A stretch of 64,000 bases of DNA from Eledone cirrhosa. Taxonomy: Eukaryota. The stretch covers positions 1 through 64,000 of the forward strand of contig CAXHJY010000739.1 in the NCBI GenBank assembly GCA_964016885.1. The letters are read 5' to 3'. Under the pieces are notes generated by a model. The model saw only the letters and a list, made by a program, of their open reading frames with translations. It was not told the DNA's origin and searched no databases. Positions 30,315 to 42,809 of this stretch are shown here, piece by piece. The position numbers and the translations under genes were made by a program. Positions within the stretch are counted from its first letter, which is position 1; the number at the start of each line of letters is the position of its first letter.

Positions 30315-31450
30315 TTTGATAACTTTAGGCCAGTATTGGCCTAAGCCATGTCTAACTTAATAGCACCAGCTGGCAGTCTTTCAGATCATGATTCACACTT
30401 CAGTCATGTTTTGGACACCGTGCCCCACTTTAGTAAAGAGTTATTGTTTTTGGAGACATATCCAGGTGTAGAGGGTTTATCCGGAATTTCTGGGAGGAAT
30501 TTGTCTAGAGACATTTTGAATTTTATGAAATCTGTTTCTGTTTTGATATTAAAGAGAGTGGGCCAAGTTGAGGTGATATAGTTGTGACTTAATGCTGTTA
30601 TGAGATGAGAGTTCAATTTTTGTAGTGGGCAGCTAGCACAGGGACCAAGCCTTGGATTGATTTTCAAGTTGATGCTAACATCATTTGGGTAATGTTGATA
30701 GAATATTTTCGACATCATATAGATGATGTAGTGCTCACAGCAGCATTGGAGAGAGTATAGTTTGAGTTTTTCTAGTCGACCCCAATAGTCAAGGCCTGTC
30801 ATGCCATCTATCTTTTTTGTAATTGACCTCTAGGGTACTTCAATTTTTATAATACTTTTTCATGTGAGGAGGTAATAATGGACATCAGTATCCAGAGTGG
30901 GACTGAGCAAAGGTAGAAAAGAGAAGGATGATGGTGTGGATATCTCTCAACTGGAAAGTTCTATGATTCCAGGAACATATAATCAACTTTGTTGATTATA
31001 TGAGTACTCTAGCTTAAGTTGTTATCACCAATTACTCCAAGGTTTGAAGCGTTGTTGAATGCCATGAGGTTTCACCTGAGGGAAGAGAATATGCTAACTT
31101 TAGTGCATTCTTTTTTCCAAAGTGGATTAATTCAAATTTGTTTTCATTTTGTAGAACAGTCTCCCAGTCTGTTGATGACCATCTGGAGCTTAGAATCATC
31201 TGCAAAGATTCTTATGTTGCTGCGCCTATAATGTCATTGATATAACTAATGAATAGAAGTGGGCCCAACACAGTGCCTTGTGGGACACCAATGTTGGATA
31301 GTTTCTTGAACACGATGCTATAATCAACCCTTGCTGAAATTAAAGTATATAACATTAGTATTGGGGTCCTCTCACAAAGCCTTTAGGATGTCATCAAAGT
31401 AATGCAGAAGCCATATCAGGATTGCTGAAAATGGACCAGTATTGTTTCTG
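30315..31450 (-). mobile_element. 5'-truncated CR1-clade LINE relic
   Basis: Minus-strand GVPQGTVLGPLLFISYIND, IFADDSKL and LDYWGRLEKLKLYSLQ (CR1 ORF2 C-terminal motif), with multiple stops. Confidence 0.88.
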
Positions 31451-31979
31451 TAGTATCTCACCCATGGTTTATCAGCATTAACATGAAGAGTGTATTGTAT
31501 ATATATAAATAATAGGTATAAATTGAAGTTTTAGCTGTTGCACAGCAAGTACTATTCACTTTGTTTAAGGCAATCACAAAACACTCAATGGAGTGAAAGT
31601 TAAATACATTAGGTCCAGAGTAAATACAACAGTTATAAAATGTGACACCAAGAAAACCAACCAAAGGCACATATAACACAATGTCGACAGAAAGGTTTTA
31701 ATACATGAATATATATATATGTGTGTGTGTGTTATATATGTATATATATACATTAGTGTATATATATATATATATATATTTATAGATAGATATATGTGTG
31801 TAAAGTAAGTAGGATTGAAGTCACTGTTGCAGTATATATAAACTTAATTGGCATATTACAATTGTTTCAGTGTGTGTGTATATATATATCATCACCGTTT
31901 AACATCCATTTTTCCATGCTATATATATATATATACACACATATATATATATGTATATACATACACACACATATATATA

Positions 31980-32177
31980 TATCATCATCATCATTTTACG
32001 TCCGCTTTTCCCTGCTTGCAAAGGTGGGGCGGGTCCTATTCAGCAGAGCATCTCTCCACTTGTCACGATCCTTCATCATCTCCTCCGTGAGTTTCAGCGA
32101 TCTGAGGTCTGCTCTCACCACCGCCGCCCATATTTTTTGTGGTCTACCTCTACTGCGTCTTCCTTCTACTGGGATTT
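31980..32177 (-). mobile_element. RTE LINE 3' end
   Basis: EIPVEGRRSRGRPQKIWAAVVRADLRSLKLTEEM plus a (GAT)n tail, embedded in (TA)n. Confidence 0.88.
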
Positions 32178-32202
32178 CTATATATATATATATATATATA
32201 TA

Positions 32203-32392
32203 TTTGCAAGAGATGTCAACATCAATGGACCTGTTATTTTTATCTAAAGACATTTTTTCCAATTCCAACCCGCCCGTCCTCTCATTCTTTCTTCTGATGA
32301 AGGACTAGCGTCCTGCTATACCAAGCTTTAACTTAATATATCCCTTCCATATACTGTACCGATTGTGTTGTTATTTCTGTTTACCTTTTACA
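32203..32392 (+). mobile_element. Penelope-like terminal-repeat relic with partly deleted hammerhead motif
   Basis: Homologous to 61440-61662. Contains CTGATGA-A-GGAC-TAGC-GTCC at 32294-32313, with the GAAAC arm deleted. (TA)n on both sides. Confidence 0.7.
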
Positions 32393-32785
32393 TATATATA
32401 TATATATATATATGTGTATGTTTATGTATCCATTTATCTATCTATACACACACACACACCAAAACACTACTAATATTTATAAATAATATGCATACAGATA
32501 ACAAGAACATATCTGTAAATGTGTGTTTGCAACATAGGTTTATATCTACAACTTCCACAGCAATACACAGTTACTAATGTTAATATCTCATCTTATATAC
32601 TTCTCAGAGGGGGCCACATTTCTTCATCTAAAAGCCACATATAATGTTGATACATACTCATGTGTGAGGGCCACATAGCTTAATTTAATAGCCACATATA
32701 ATATTGATTTCATGTTTCAGAGGTGTAAAACACGAAGCAGCATAACACATTTTGCTATTACTGCTTACTACATATTTTAATACTA

Positions 32786-32824
<39 letters not shown>

Positions 32825-34549
32825 GGAAACAGCAGATCCCACTATAAGAGTCAAATCATGTCTATCATTTGACAAGCAATCATACTACCAATTATACCAA
32901 TATTATATAATATTAAGTGTCAAATTGGTAAATATAAACATCTTTTGTTGCATAAGTAAACCTTTTATTTTCCTCTCATGTCATATGAGTCTCAGAGACA
33001 ATTTAATAGCTATATAACCACCAGCAGTTAATAAATATATGTGTGTGTGTGTAACTATAGCAGGTATTTATATATGCATTTATATTTATTCATATATGTA
33101 GATTTTGGCAATGTAAAGAAAAATTCAATATATATAAATGATATAATTCTATAAGTGTGGAATTGTAAGTCAGTTTAATTGAAAAAGAATACTCAATACA
33201 TGTAGAATATATTTATTTGTACATAGCTGCTGATTTATTCCATAACTACTATTTTTCACTCAATGCAATCTGAAGTGAAAACAACTAATATATAGTTGAT
33301 AAATGAAACAAACAAAACACAGAAGGCAATTTTTACCCAGTTATATTAGGTTCACGCTTAGTGCAAGTGGAGGATGTTTTGACAAAGTCCTTCTTCAGGA
33401 AAGTTTAGATAGGGGGGGAACACATACATGAAAGGGTAGTTAGGGAAGGGAATAAGAAAAATATATATGTATATATAACTGAAGCCAAAATTTTGATTAG
33501 AGGGAATACAAGCTAGACAAACTAAAATAAGTTTCACTCATATATATATATATACATATACACACACATTTGTGTATTGCCAATGGGGATGCATGTGTAT
33601 ATTGTTTGTGTAGTTTATTAGTGTGTATCATATGAGAGGTAATATCCAAAAAATTATTGTGTGAAGAGAAGAAATTTCTGTGACAGGTTTCAAAAGTTGA
33701 GTTGAGAATGTCTTGTCGAGGCCAGTGAAGAAATATAAAGAGGAGTGGGTGGTGGGTGGGTGAGTGTGTGTGTGTGTCACTAGGGATGAAAACTGATATA
33801 ATAGTATTGACTGGCAAATTAAAAGAATTCAAAAGGTTTGTCATTGCAGGTCAGATGTGTGTTTGGAGTAGTGTATATTTTGTTTTTCATGGTGTTTTTG
33901 TGTGTTGATATATTAAGTTTGAATCAAAACTTCATTTTAAAATGCTTTTATTGAATATTCATCTTTACATATGATGAGCTCAAGATCTATATCAATGTGA
34001 TAGACCTGACTCCAGTATTGATGTTTATTAGACACATGGACTCCATTTTAAAGTGAAATTTTGTCATATATCAAACTTTTAATATATATATATGCATAAT
34101 TACATCCACATTTTTCTCTTTATAAATTTGTTAGATACAGTGAGGATAATGTAGTGCTTTTGATCTGATATTTTATGTATTAGACCACATGAACAAGCAA
34201 GGGGGCCTCTCATTGTAGCTACCCAAACTACCATATGGGCCTTTAAAAATACAGTCCATGTGAACTAGCAAAAGACCCTCTGGTTGTAGCTGCCAAATTT
34301 CCTTCTACACTCTGTTATGGTTCTTTAGAAAGCTCCAAATCTGAATGTTTGTTAACTGCAGTGGATTGGCAAAATTGTAAGAATACTCTAGTGTTTCAGT
34401 ACAGCAATCTATATTCTGAGGTGAGCTTTGCCCATCAGTCTTCAATAAAATATTTTACTGGGTTTATATATATTCCTAAAAAAGCCTTCTAGATGTGAAT
34501 AAGAACTAACAAAGTCTTTTTTTTGACAACAGTTCACTATAGAAATAAC

Positions 34550-34740
34550 AAAGGATCCTCCATGTCGTCACTCAATCTACTGGAAATAGCTGCCACATCT
34601 GATAATTATATCTTACCATCTTAAAAATAAAGGACACATTACATAATGCAATCCTAGGTGTCTGGAAAAGAAAAGGTGGTATGGTCATGGTTGGATTGCC
34701 TTTGAGAATAGGTTTGGTCAACTATGCTAACAACAATAAT
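34550..34740 (+). mobile_element. ~190-bp (AAC)n-tailed repeat
   Basis: CTACTGGAAATAGCTGCC...GGACACATT..ATAATG...GGTCATGGTTGGATTGCCTTTGA...AACAACAA. Confidence 0.7.
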
Positions 34741-37010
34741 CCATCACAGATTTGTTTGTGTCTATGTGTTAAGGTTTTCTGGCCTCCACAATAAAGTCCA
34801 TGTATCTGCGGGTGTGCATGTTTATTCGTGTATATATGTGTATTTATACTTTGTGTAAATGTGATCTAGTTGGTTTTTATCAGCCATGGAATGATCTATC
34901 ATTTCTTACATTTCTGCTGTGGTGGCATTCATTGATAGAGGCAGGAGTGAAAGCTGCACTGAAACATGACATAACATAGAACTAAGGCTTCCAATGATGA
35001 CAGTATCCAAGAACCTAATTAACATATTCTTTATCTCACACATACACATATCATCATTACCATTTAATGTATATTTTCCATGTTTGCATGGGTTAGATGA
35101 GTTGTCATGTACTGAGGTCAAACTGGCCAGGTAACTGTGTCTTATTTGTACACTCTGTGTTTGGCTTGGTTTCTACAGATGGATGCCCTTTACAGCATGT
35201 ACAGCGAGCATTTTATCAAGACTCCAACACTACCACCTGACAGGGTGGACTTGGTGCTTTTCAGTATTGCACCAACACTGCCATTTTTCAGAGTATATGT
35301 GTGTTTATATATATGTATATATTTTTGTCTCCATATATTCATATTTACACTGCTTAAACAGCTCTTGCTGTTTGTGTCCTGCACCGTTGATATATCCCAC
35401 AGCTTAGCAGTTCAACAGGTGGGAAATTGAGAATAAGTACCATATGTAAAAATAAGTAAGAGATGGTGTTACGAATAGAATTTGGTTGTAGAATACTGCC
35501 TAAAAAGGTCTTGTCCTATTCATCTCATGGAAAAGAAAAACATAAAAAAAAAAATTGTGTGTGTGCATACATTAACTTAAGGGCCATTGGGGCTATAATT
35601 ATATTTTGTCTCAGGTTACAAGTTATTAAATAGACATTATATATAACTGCTACTTATTTTATTGACCTTGGAAAGCTGAAAGGTAAAACTGCTACTGGCA
35701 GGATTGGAACTGAAGACGAGTACTGAGATGGTTACAGTAGTTTCCAGTTGAAGATATATGTGAACACAAGTATTTCACTGGCGCAATATTCAATCTACAC
35801 TTGGAGGCTTCAGTTGGAATGCTAGATATCAATTTGGAAATGCAAAATGACCTAACATTTGTGTAAAGTATTGTCCCTTAAAAATTCATTTCTTTGAGAA
35901 TCACTGGGTAGGGTGAGGGCTACTCCAACGAATTTTCCTAATAAAATCAGCTGATTGAATCGGATAGCTATCAACCTATTTGTGTTGAAAGTTAAGGGCT
36001 CTCAAAAGTCAATAACAAAGTGTTTTAATGAAAGTCCTTTAAGATTTGGCCAAACCAAAAATTGTTTCTGCTCCATCCCCATTTATTTTAGTCTTATTTA
36101 AAAAAATGTGTCTAAATTAGTTGCTTGTGCCAAGGATGTATGCTGTTTATGTAATTCACAATTAAAGCCAAAGTTTCAATATGAATATTGTAAAATGAAG
36201 CGATTCTCTGACTCTCTCTCTCTCTGTGTGTGTAACATTCCCCCATTTGTCAATGGTGGGGTATCTAGCAATAAAAGCTAACCATTCTTTTGTCTTTAAG
36301 GAGCTGCATTCATGTTTTATTTTAACCCTTTTGGTAACAACCTACCTAAAATCACCTCATTTTAAGGTGTTTGTATTTCAATTAAAACCTTCCATTGTAA
36401 CATTAAATAAGAACATTTTGTTAAATTATATTCCAAACACCAGATTAATAAAGACACATGTTGATGACGATATGTGTATGTATATATATATATATATACA
36501 CACACATACATAAATAGAAAATCATAGTCAAGAGGATAATATGATGGAATACAAACCCAAAGGGGTTTGGAGTTCAAATCTATGCCATGCATTTTCTTAT
36601 GTATTGGAGACAGTACACTCAATACTACACACCTCAGTTCACACAGCTGTCAGAATGTACTTAAGTAGAATATTATCATATCATAGGACATGTTTCTCTT
36701 TTAGCTTCCTCATTAAAAGATTTGACACTAAAATAGATGTCCTGCTGTCCTCCCAGGAACTCTATTATCTCAATTCTCTCATATCTTAGATTACTTGTTG
36801 TTAACTGACTCACAGCTGCTTCTTCCAACTCTAAATTTTACCTAAGTAACAACATAACTAGAATATTTTCAAAGTTAATTGCAATGCAATCTCGGTGAAA
36901 GGTTTAAAACTTGTCTTCTGACACAAAATGACTTTATATAACTCTATCATCTCATGTCACTTGTCTTTCTCACATGATAAGCTGACTACCGCTACTGAGG
37001 AATGAAATAG

Positions 37011-37250
37011 CCACAGGTGTCTGATCTACTTCGCTCAGATTTAGAATATCCATAGGTGCTCTATCTACCTCTGATGAGCTATGGACTATCTATAAGTATC
37101 TAATTTTCCTCTGTTCAGGTATAGCATACCCACAGATGTCCAATTTTCCACTGCTGAGCTGTGGACTACCTGGAAGTGTCTGATCTATCTTTATTCAGGT
37201 GTAGAATACCCACAGGTATCCAATCTACCTCTGATGAATTGCGATCTACT
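37011..37250. repeat. 40-bp minisatellite with 80-bp (AB)3 higher-order structure
   Basis: Six 40-mers alternate between A (...TCAGRTDTAGMATAY) and B (...CTGMTGARYTRYGGACTAY). Confidence 0.75.
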
Positions 37251-38384
37251 TCTTTTCAGTTATCCTATCGACCTTTGTTGTGTGTAGATTACTCAAGGGT
37301 CTCCCAATTACTGATGGTACGACACACCCACATCTGAGCAATAAACTAAATTATGAGTTTCACCCAATATCTGCCTCTTGTAGGCATGGGGCTTACGCTC
37401 GTGTTCAATCTTACCTTTTTGAGTTGCTAAGTAGCCGTGAGAGCTATCCAGATTTAGAATATTTCTCTTAGAAATTTTCATGCCAATCAATGTCTGTTTA
37501 CAAAAATCTATAACTCTGAATCATCTTAAGTCTAGCAGTACTGTCAAAATCTATACATCATTGATGAGATCTGATAGGACTGAAATATATCTTAAGTTAT
37601 CATACTGTTGGAGATAAAACTCATTTCCAACTGTATTTAAATTTTAGGATTGTCTTCCCTGTCTTTCTTGACTAGAATCAGTCATTAAGTTAATGATTTA
37701 TTTATTCTCCTCACTACAGATGTAATTTTTTTATTCATTTATTTTTTAAAAACTCACCACATTAGGTATGTTAGAACTGATTGTATTATTTATACCTAAG
37801 ATGAATTCACCTCTACATCTTTAACATCGGTTGTGAGGTGCACTATATATATTGTGTAATGTCTTCCACAGATACATTATCAACATTTTTAGTCATATAT
37901 AGCTGTCTTTTTTTTTTCAACAGGTATTTATCAGCTATCTTGCTCTAAGATTAAAGAAGCATAACCATAAAAATGCAACAGTCCCAAGTCGTATGGATAT
38001 TTTCTTCACCCATGGCTTGTGGGACACAGTCCTCAGACATGCCTTCCAGAGTCCTATCTCAAATAACCATTTCCATATGATCTGGATGGATCCTAACCAA
38101 GGTTATGGATATTTTCCAACCATCTTTTTCGTCATCTACTGCCAAGTCTTCAGCCAGTTGGTTTTGAACCATAAAATCTGTCCTCTGACTCTTTTCTTAG
38201 ACTTTTGGCACCATTATTTACTTTTTAGGAAATATGGTCATCAATAATAGCCATTTGTTCATTTTCAGAATCTTTCATCTTCAGGCCTTTGTTGAGCTGC
38301 AATCATTCTGCAGTTCTTGAGGATTTCACTCTTGTTGCTCTTCTCACTTTTCACTATGCTAACATTTACTTTATTATGGAGAAA

Positions 38385-39045
38385 CTGAGTCTATGTGGTC
38401 ACCAGACTTGCTGGATAGAGCAACTAAATCTCACCGAAATCATACCCTACTCATATCTTTAAAAAAAAGACTTTTGTATAATGTGCTCCTGATTTCCCTA
38501 CACATCACAGAAATATGTGAGTCATAGCTAGAATATATTTGATGTATTAGATTAGGCTAACCTGGGACTAAACAAGAACTGTGGAGATGATTTCTTTAGA
38601 AGCTTCTAATCCCTTAAGAGAAGCAAAATTTTATCCCAGTCTTTTTATTTTAATTAGTGAACGATTGCTTTTCGTGATTGTTATATTGTGTGTATATATC
38701 CCTACAGAGAAAATCAATTCACAATTACCTTTCTCTCATTTGGTATGCTTTCTCTGGTAGGTGATTGCAAACAAACATCAAAGTGTTTCCGTTCTTCATC
38801 TTCAAACTATGTGCCAATTTTACTAGTACCAGCCAATGTAATGAAAAAAAAAGGACTTTAGGCAGTTGTTGCCCCTTAAGAAATTAGAAGCTTCTGTAAA
38901 AATCAGAGTTCCTATAGTTGGTTACCCATACGTATTCCAGCTCTATCCCGTCTTTTTCCTTTGTCCTTTTTAAAGATAGTAGGATGTAATTTCAGCTAGA
39001 TTTGGTTATTTCGAGTGGGTCATGTAACCAAAATGAAGTTTCTTT
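38385..39045. mobile_element. MITE (38589-38904, ~36-bp imperfect TIRs) flanked by two inverted copies of the (AAC)n-tailed repeat
   Basis: Left TIR GATTTCTTTAGAAGCTTCTAATCCCTTAAGAGAAGCAA versus reverse complement of the right TIR GATTTTTACAGAAGCTTCTAATTTCTTAAGGGGCAA. Repeat copies at 38385-38580 (+) and 38930-39045 (-). Confidence 0.65.
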
Positions 39046-39502
39046 ATATACTCCAACTTTCCATAGTAAAGGGAATGTTAACATATTGAATTTAATGATG
39101 AGAAACAATGATTTATTTAGATCAGTATAGGCAGGGGAGACAACCTTAGTATTAATGCCAATAAAAACGATAACGTGCAGTGAGTCCAATTCACACTGGT
39201 AAGTGGAATTACTAACGTCACGATAAAATGCACCCAGTCCACTCTGTAAAATGTAGAGCTGGTACCACAATAAAACACACCCAGTTGACACCGTATAGTG
39301 TTAGTACTGGTGCCACAATAAAAATGCACCCAGCTGTAAAGTGGTAGTGCTGTTGTTACGTTAAAACGTATCCAGTACACGCCATGCAGTGATTGACATT
39401 GGGAAAGGAATCCTGCCAGTTTTGCGCAGATCTACATAACTCTTACGTTTGGTGGAAAATAGTTATTTTTCTTAAGGCTGGGGGGGTTATCAACAAATCT
39501 AA

Positions 39503-39810
39503 ACTCTTAATTGCTCGTAATCGACTTTTTCCTGAAAAACGGAGTCCCTAACACTAACCCTAATCCGGGGGGAAAAAAGTCGATTGCGAGCGTCTAAGAG
39601 ATCATATTAGTTGATGGATCTGTGAAACTCCGATGGTCTTTTTGCCCCCTTTCATATAAAGCTAGTCGTTTCCGACTGGTTTGGAAGTTATATTCGTGGA
39701 TAGAACGTGAAAAAAAAAATCGTAGAGAAGACTCCGATGAGGGCAGGAGGGCATCCATCCCACCTCTCCGATTTCCAGGACAAAAGGTCGATTGCGAGCA
39801 TCTTAGAGCT
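39503..39810. mobile_element. Non-autonomous element with inverted repeats and a CCTAAC-like core (HINE/MITE-like)
   Basis: CTCTTAATTGCTCGTAATCGACTTTTT pairs with AAAAAGTCGATTGCGAGCGTCTAAGAG around CCCTAACACTAACCCTAAT. A third arm copy lies at ~39782-39810. Confidence 0.55.
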
Positions 39811-39884
39811 TAAATTATTTGATAGCACACGAAAAACCAAGTTAAACCTTTTTCCCCCACGGAAATCGAAGGTGTTCTTCGATA

Positions 39885-40470
39885 ATGGTTTCTGATTTAG
39901 GCACAGGGCCATCAATTTTTAGGGAGGGGAAAGTTGATTAAATCGACCCCGTAAGGATGAAAGGAAAAGCTAACTCTGGCAGGATTTGAACTCAGAATGT
40001 AAAGGGACATAACTCTATGGTGTACGATGCTCTGCCAATCCATCGCCCTGTGTTTGATGTTTCTACTTTTGGCACAAGGCCAGCAATTACCCCATTGCAT
40101 TACTGCTGCTTTATTTTATCGGTAAGGATGAAAAGCAAAGTGTTCGATAATAATAATAAAAAAAAAAAAATAAATAAATAAAACTATTGACATAAGGCCA
40201 ACAAATTTATGGGAAGAACAAAATTGATTAAATCAACTTCAGATTATTTTCATATATGTCCACACGTGGTGCTGCTGTTGACGTGGATATTAATACTATT
40301 ATTGTTATTATCTTTTTATGTTCTGAGTTCAAATCCCGTCAAGGTTAGCTTTGCTTTTCATCCTTATGGGGTCGATAAAATAAAGTACCAGTAATGTACT
40401 GCAGTCGATTTAATTGACTTTCCCCTCCCCCCAAAATCGTTGGCCTTGAGCCTTAATCAGAAACTTTTAT
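39885..40470. mobile_element. Inverted pair of CORE-SINEs plus fragments
   Basis: 39885-40040 (-) and 40315-40470 (+) are reverse complements through the B box and CORE domain. Confidence 0.8.
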
Positions 40471-40499
40471 TATTATTATTAGTAGTAATACTGATTATT

Positions 40500-40880
40500 G
40501 GTCTTCCTGTCCGAGATGTGTGCAAGGTGATGAAACCATCCTGCATGCACTCGTCGAGTGTCTGTGTATTGCTGGCCTGTAGATTTATGTCGAACACCAG
40601 TTGTCACATGTAGAACAGATCTGGCTATCAGCTGAGTTCGTTATGAAGATTGCCCTGTCGCCTTTCTTTAACCGAGAAGGGCAGGCAGTTTTCATCTGCC
40701 TGGTGACCATAACAAAAGATGGTCATGTGGAGGACATGTATGAAAGGGTTGAAGACAAGCACTTTCTTCTTTGATGAAGCCCTGATAAACTTTTTCAGGT
40801 TTCACTCGAAGAGGATAATCAGAGTGGAGAGGGAAGTGCTGCCTACCAACCAGAGTGGCAAGCATAGCCCTAGTGAATAG
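40500..40880 (+). mobile_element. L1/Tx1-clade LINE ORF2 C-terminal fragment
   Basis: Translates to CPRCVQGDETILHALVEC (CxxC-x7-H-x4-C zinc-knuckle of Tx1/L1 ORF2), then degenerates. Confidence 0.7.
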
Positions 40881-40884
40881 TCCA

Positions 40885-41350
40885 GCTGCCTTGCCTGTCT
40901 TCATATCTTTACTTACTATACTACTGCTAACTTATACAGCCAGTCCTTCTGTTGGGTCAAATTATCTTCATCCCATTCATTCTCCTCATTTAGTAGTCTT
41001 TTATAGTGGCACTTCCATGCTACCTTCTTTTCAGCATCATTGAGAGCAAGTACTCTGTTATCCTCACAGACACACTTCACCCCAATGACATCACAATTTT
41101 CCCCGACACATTGCCTCACAATCCCGAACACCTCACGCCTTTGGTCCTCATGTTGCAGAACATACTTAAATGTTTTATCTTCTGCTTCCCTTCTTGCAAA
41201 ATACACTTGTCATCTAGCTTCTCCCCTAGCCTCCTGGTAGTGTTCTCTACTTCCACCATCTCACCATTCTTTCCATACCCAACTTTCGGCCTTAATTGTC
41301 TTCTCCACTCTACTGTTCCACCACCAAGTCACTCCCCTTCTGCCTAGAGA
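40885..41350 (-). mobile_element. RTE LINE internal fragment (between EN and RT)
   Basis: ORF 40916-41206: VIGVKCV...EKKVAWKCHYKRLLNEENEWD, the typical W..HY..LLN.E motif. Confidence 0.75.
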
Positions 41351-41559
41351 CCTGCTTCATATATATCATCATTTTACGTATGTTGTTCTAGGCTTGCATG
41401 GGTTAGACGGGTCCTTCTCAGGGCTGCTGAAGCTTTTTCTTTCAATAGTACCAAATACTTGGTTTAAAAAATACCAAAATATACATAAATGTACCAAATC
41501 CAATTACATCAATATGAAACTCCATAAATGTTAAAAAAAGAAAAGAAAATGTTTTACAT

Positions 41560-42420
41560 TTACTTTATATATTACTATTAAAAAGAAATGTATTCTTCCA
41601 CACTTTGCTTGCTGTACCAGTTTCTTTTTTGCAGTTTGAGACAAAGTTACTGTTGTGGATGCAGCTTAATGCAGTCAAGACTGATGTTAGCAGGGAATTT
41701 AATGTTGATGGTTTTAAAGCATTGCAATTTTTTGTTATGTTGTTTTGAAGAGAAAAAAAACCTCTTTCTTCAGCTGCTGAAGAATGTGGCAATGAAAGAA
41801 GTTACATCATGAACTTAGACAGTAATGAGTAACAATATATCATCACATTTTTCTTGAGAAAGAAGAAACCAGTGTTTCTCAGGCTCATTTTGTGCATTAA
41901 GTGATACATCTTGCAGAGTCAATTCCCTCCATTCTTTATTTATTTGTTCATATTGGTCTTCATGCACAAGGTTGGAAAATTTCATTTCCAATGGTATGAT
42001 CGATTTTGGTTTACCTTCAATAACATTGGTTGGGTCTAAAGCTTCAAGTAGTTCTAAATTTGTAAACATATCATATGAGAAGTGTTGCGTCATTTTTTTT
42101 GAGAGGCACACATAGAAACTCGATATTTTTACTCAAAATTCTTGTAATTCCTTTTGAGAAATGGTGGTAGAGTTTTCTATCAAAGTACTTTCTGCACTGG
42201 CACCATAATAGATGTCTTCTATTTTAAGGTATGTAGAAGAATCATTCACATTTACTTTACTGATATCATAGTTTCAATAACTCTGTTTTGATGAAATTAC
42301 TGAGAATAGCTTTCATTCCGGTGTTAATGTACTATCATAACTTATGAATTCTATGTTTCTGCCTGGAACCTCAAATTGAGTTTATCAATGTCCTGTAAAA
42401 TATAAGCAAGAAAAGCAAAA
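41560..42420 (-). pseudogene. hAT-superfamily transposase relic (C-terminal half with dimerisation domain)
   Basis: ORFs 41815-42111 (LDP...EQINKEWREL...KHWF) and 41565-41792 (PHSSAAEERGFFS...TKNCNALKPSTLNSLL, the hATC motif); frameshifted. Confidence 0.8.
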
Positions 42421-42809
42421 TACTTTTTGCCATGTGCACTCCCTTCACAGGGATTACTTGGCACTTCTTCACCCAGCGATCATCATCAATATACTTCACA
42501 TGTCCATACCTACACAGTTTCCTCTCTTTCACACCACTTTTATACCTATTTTCTCCCTCAGTTCATCCATGAAAGCATGCTTGCTTCATTTATTCCTAGC
42601 CTTCATGTCCTCTGTATTCACTGCCATGCAGCATGGCACTTCGCCCACAGACATCATACAGCCGATTGAAATATGTTTATATTATTAATTTTAGTACTAT
42701 TGGCACTCTTACTATCAATTGTTCCTGAACATCTACTTCATAGCCTTCCTTTCCTGTTATCCCACCTTAACTCTTGTGTACCCAAAATTTTCATTGTGTA
42801 CATTGTATA

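Noticed and set aside
37065-37240. CTGATGA motifs as hammerhead cores (also ~10723 and ~44330)
   Set aside because: No stem II followed by GAAA.
37993-38247. HMIWMDPNQGYG resembling the RT motif VWLD..NAYG of R2-like LINEs
   Set aside because: A single weak motif with no neighbouring RT motifs recognisable; it needs a profile-HMM search.
39549-39565. Interstitial telomeric repeat
   Set aside because: Only about three imperfect CCCTAA-like units, inside an inverted-repeat element.
41565-42111. Domesticated hAT-derived host gene
   Set aside because: Frameshifts and stops, and only the C-terminal part is present; treated as a transposase relic.
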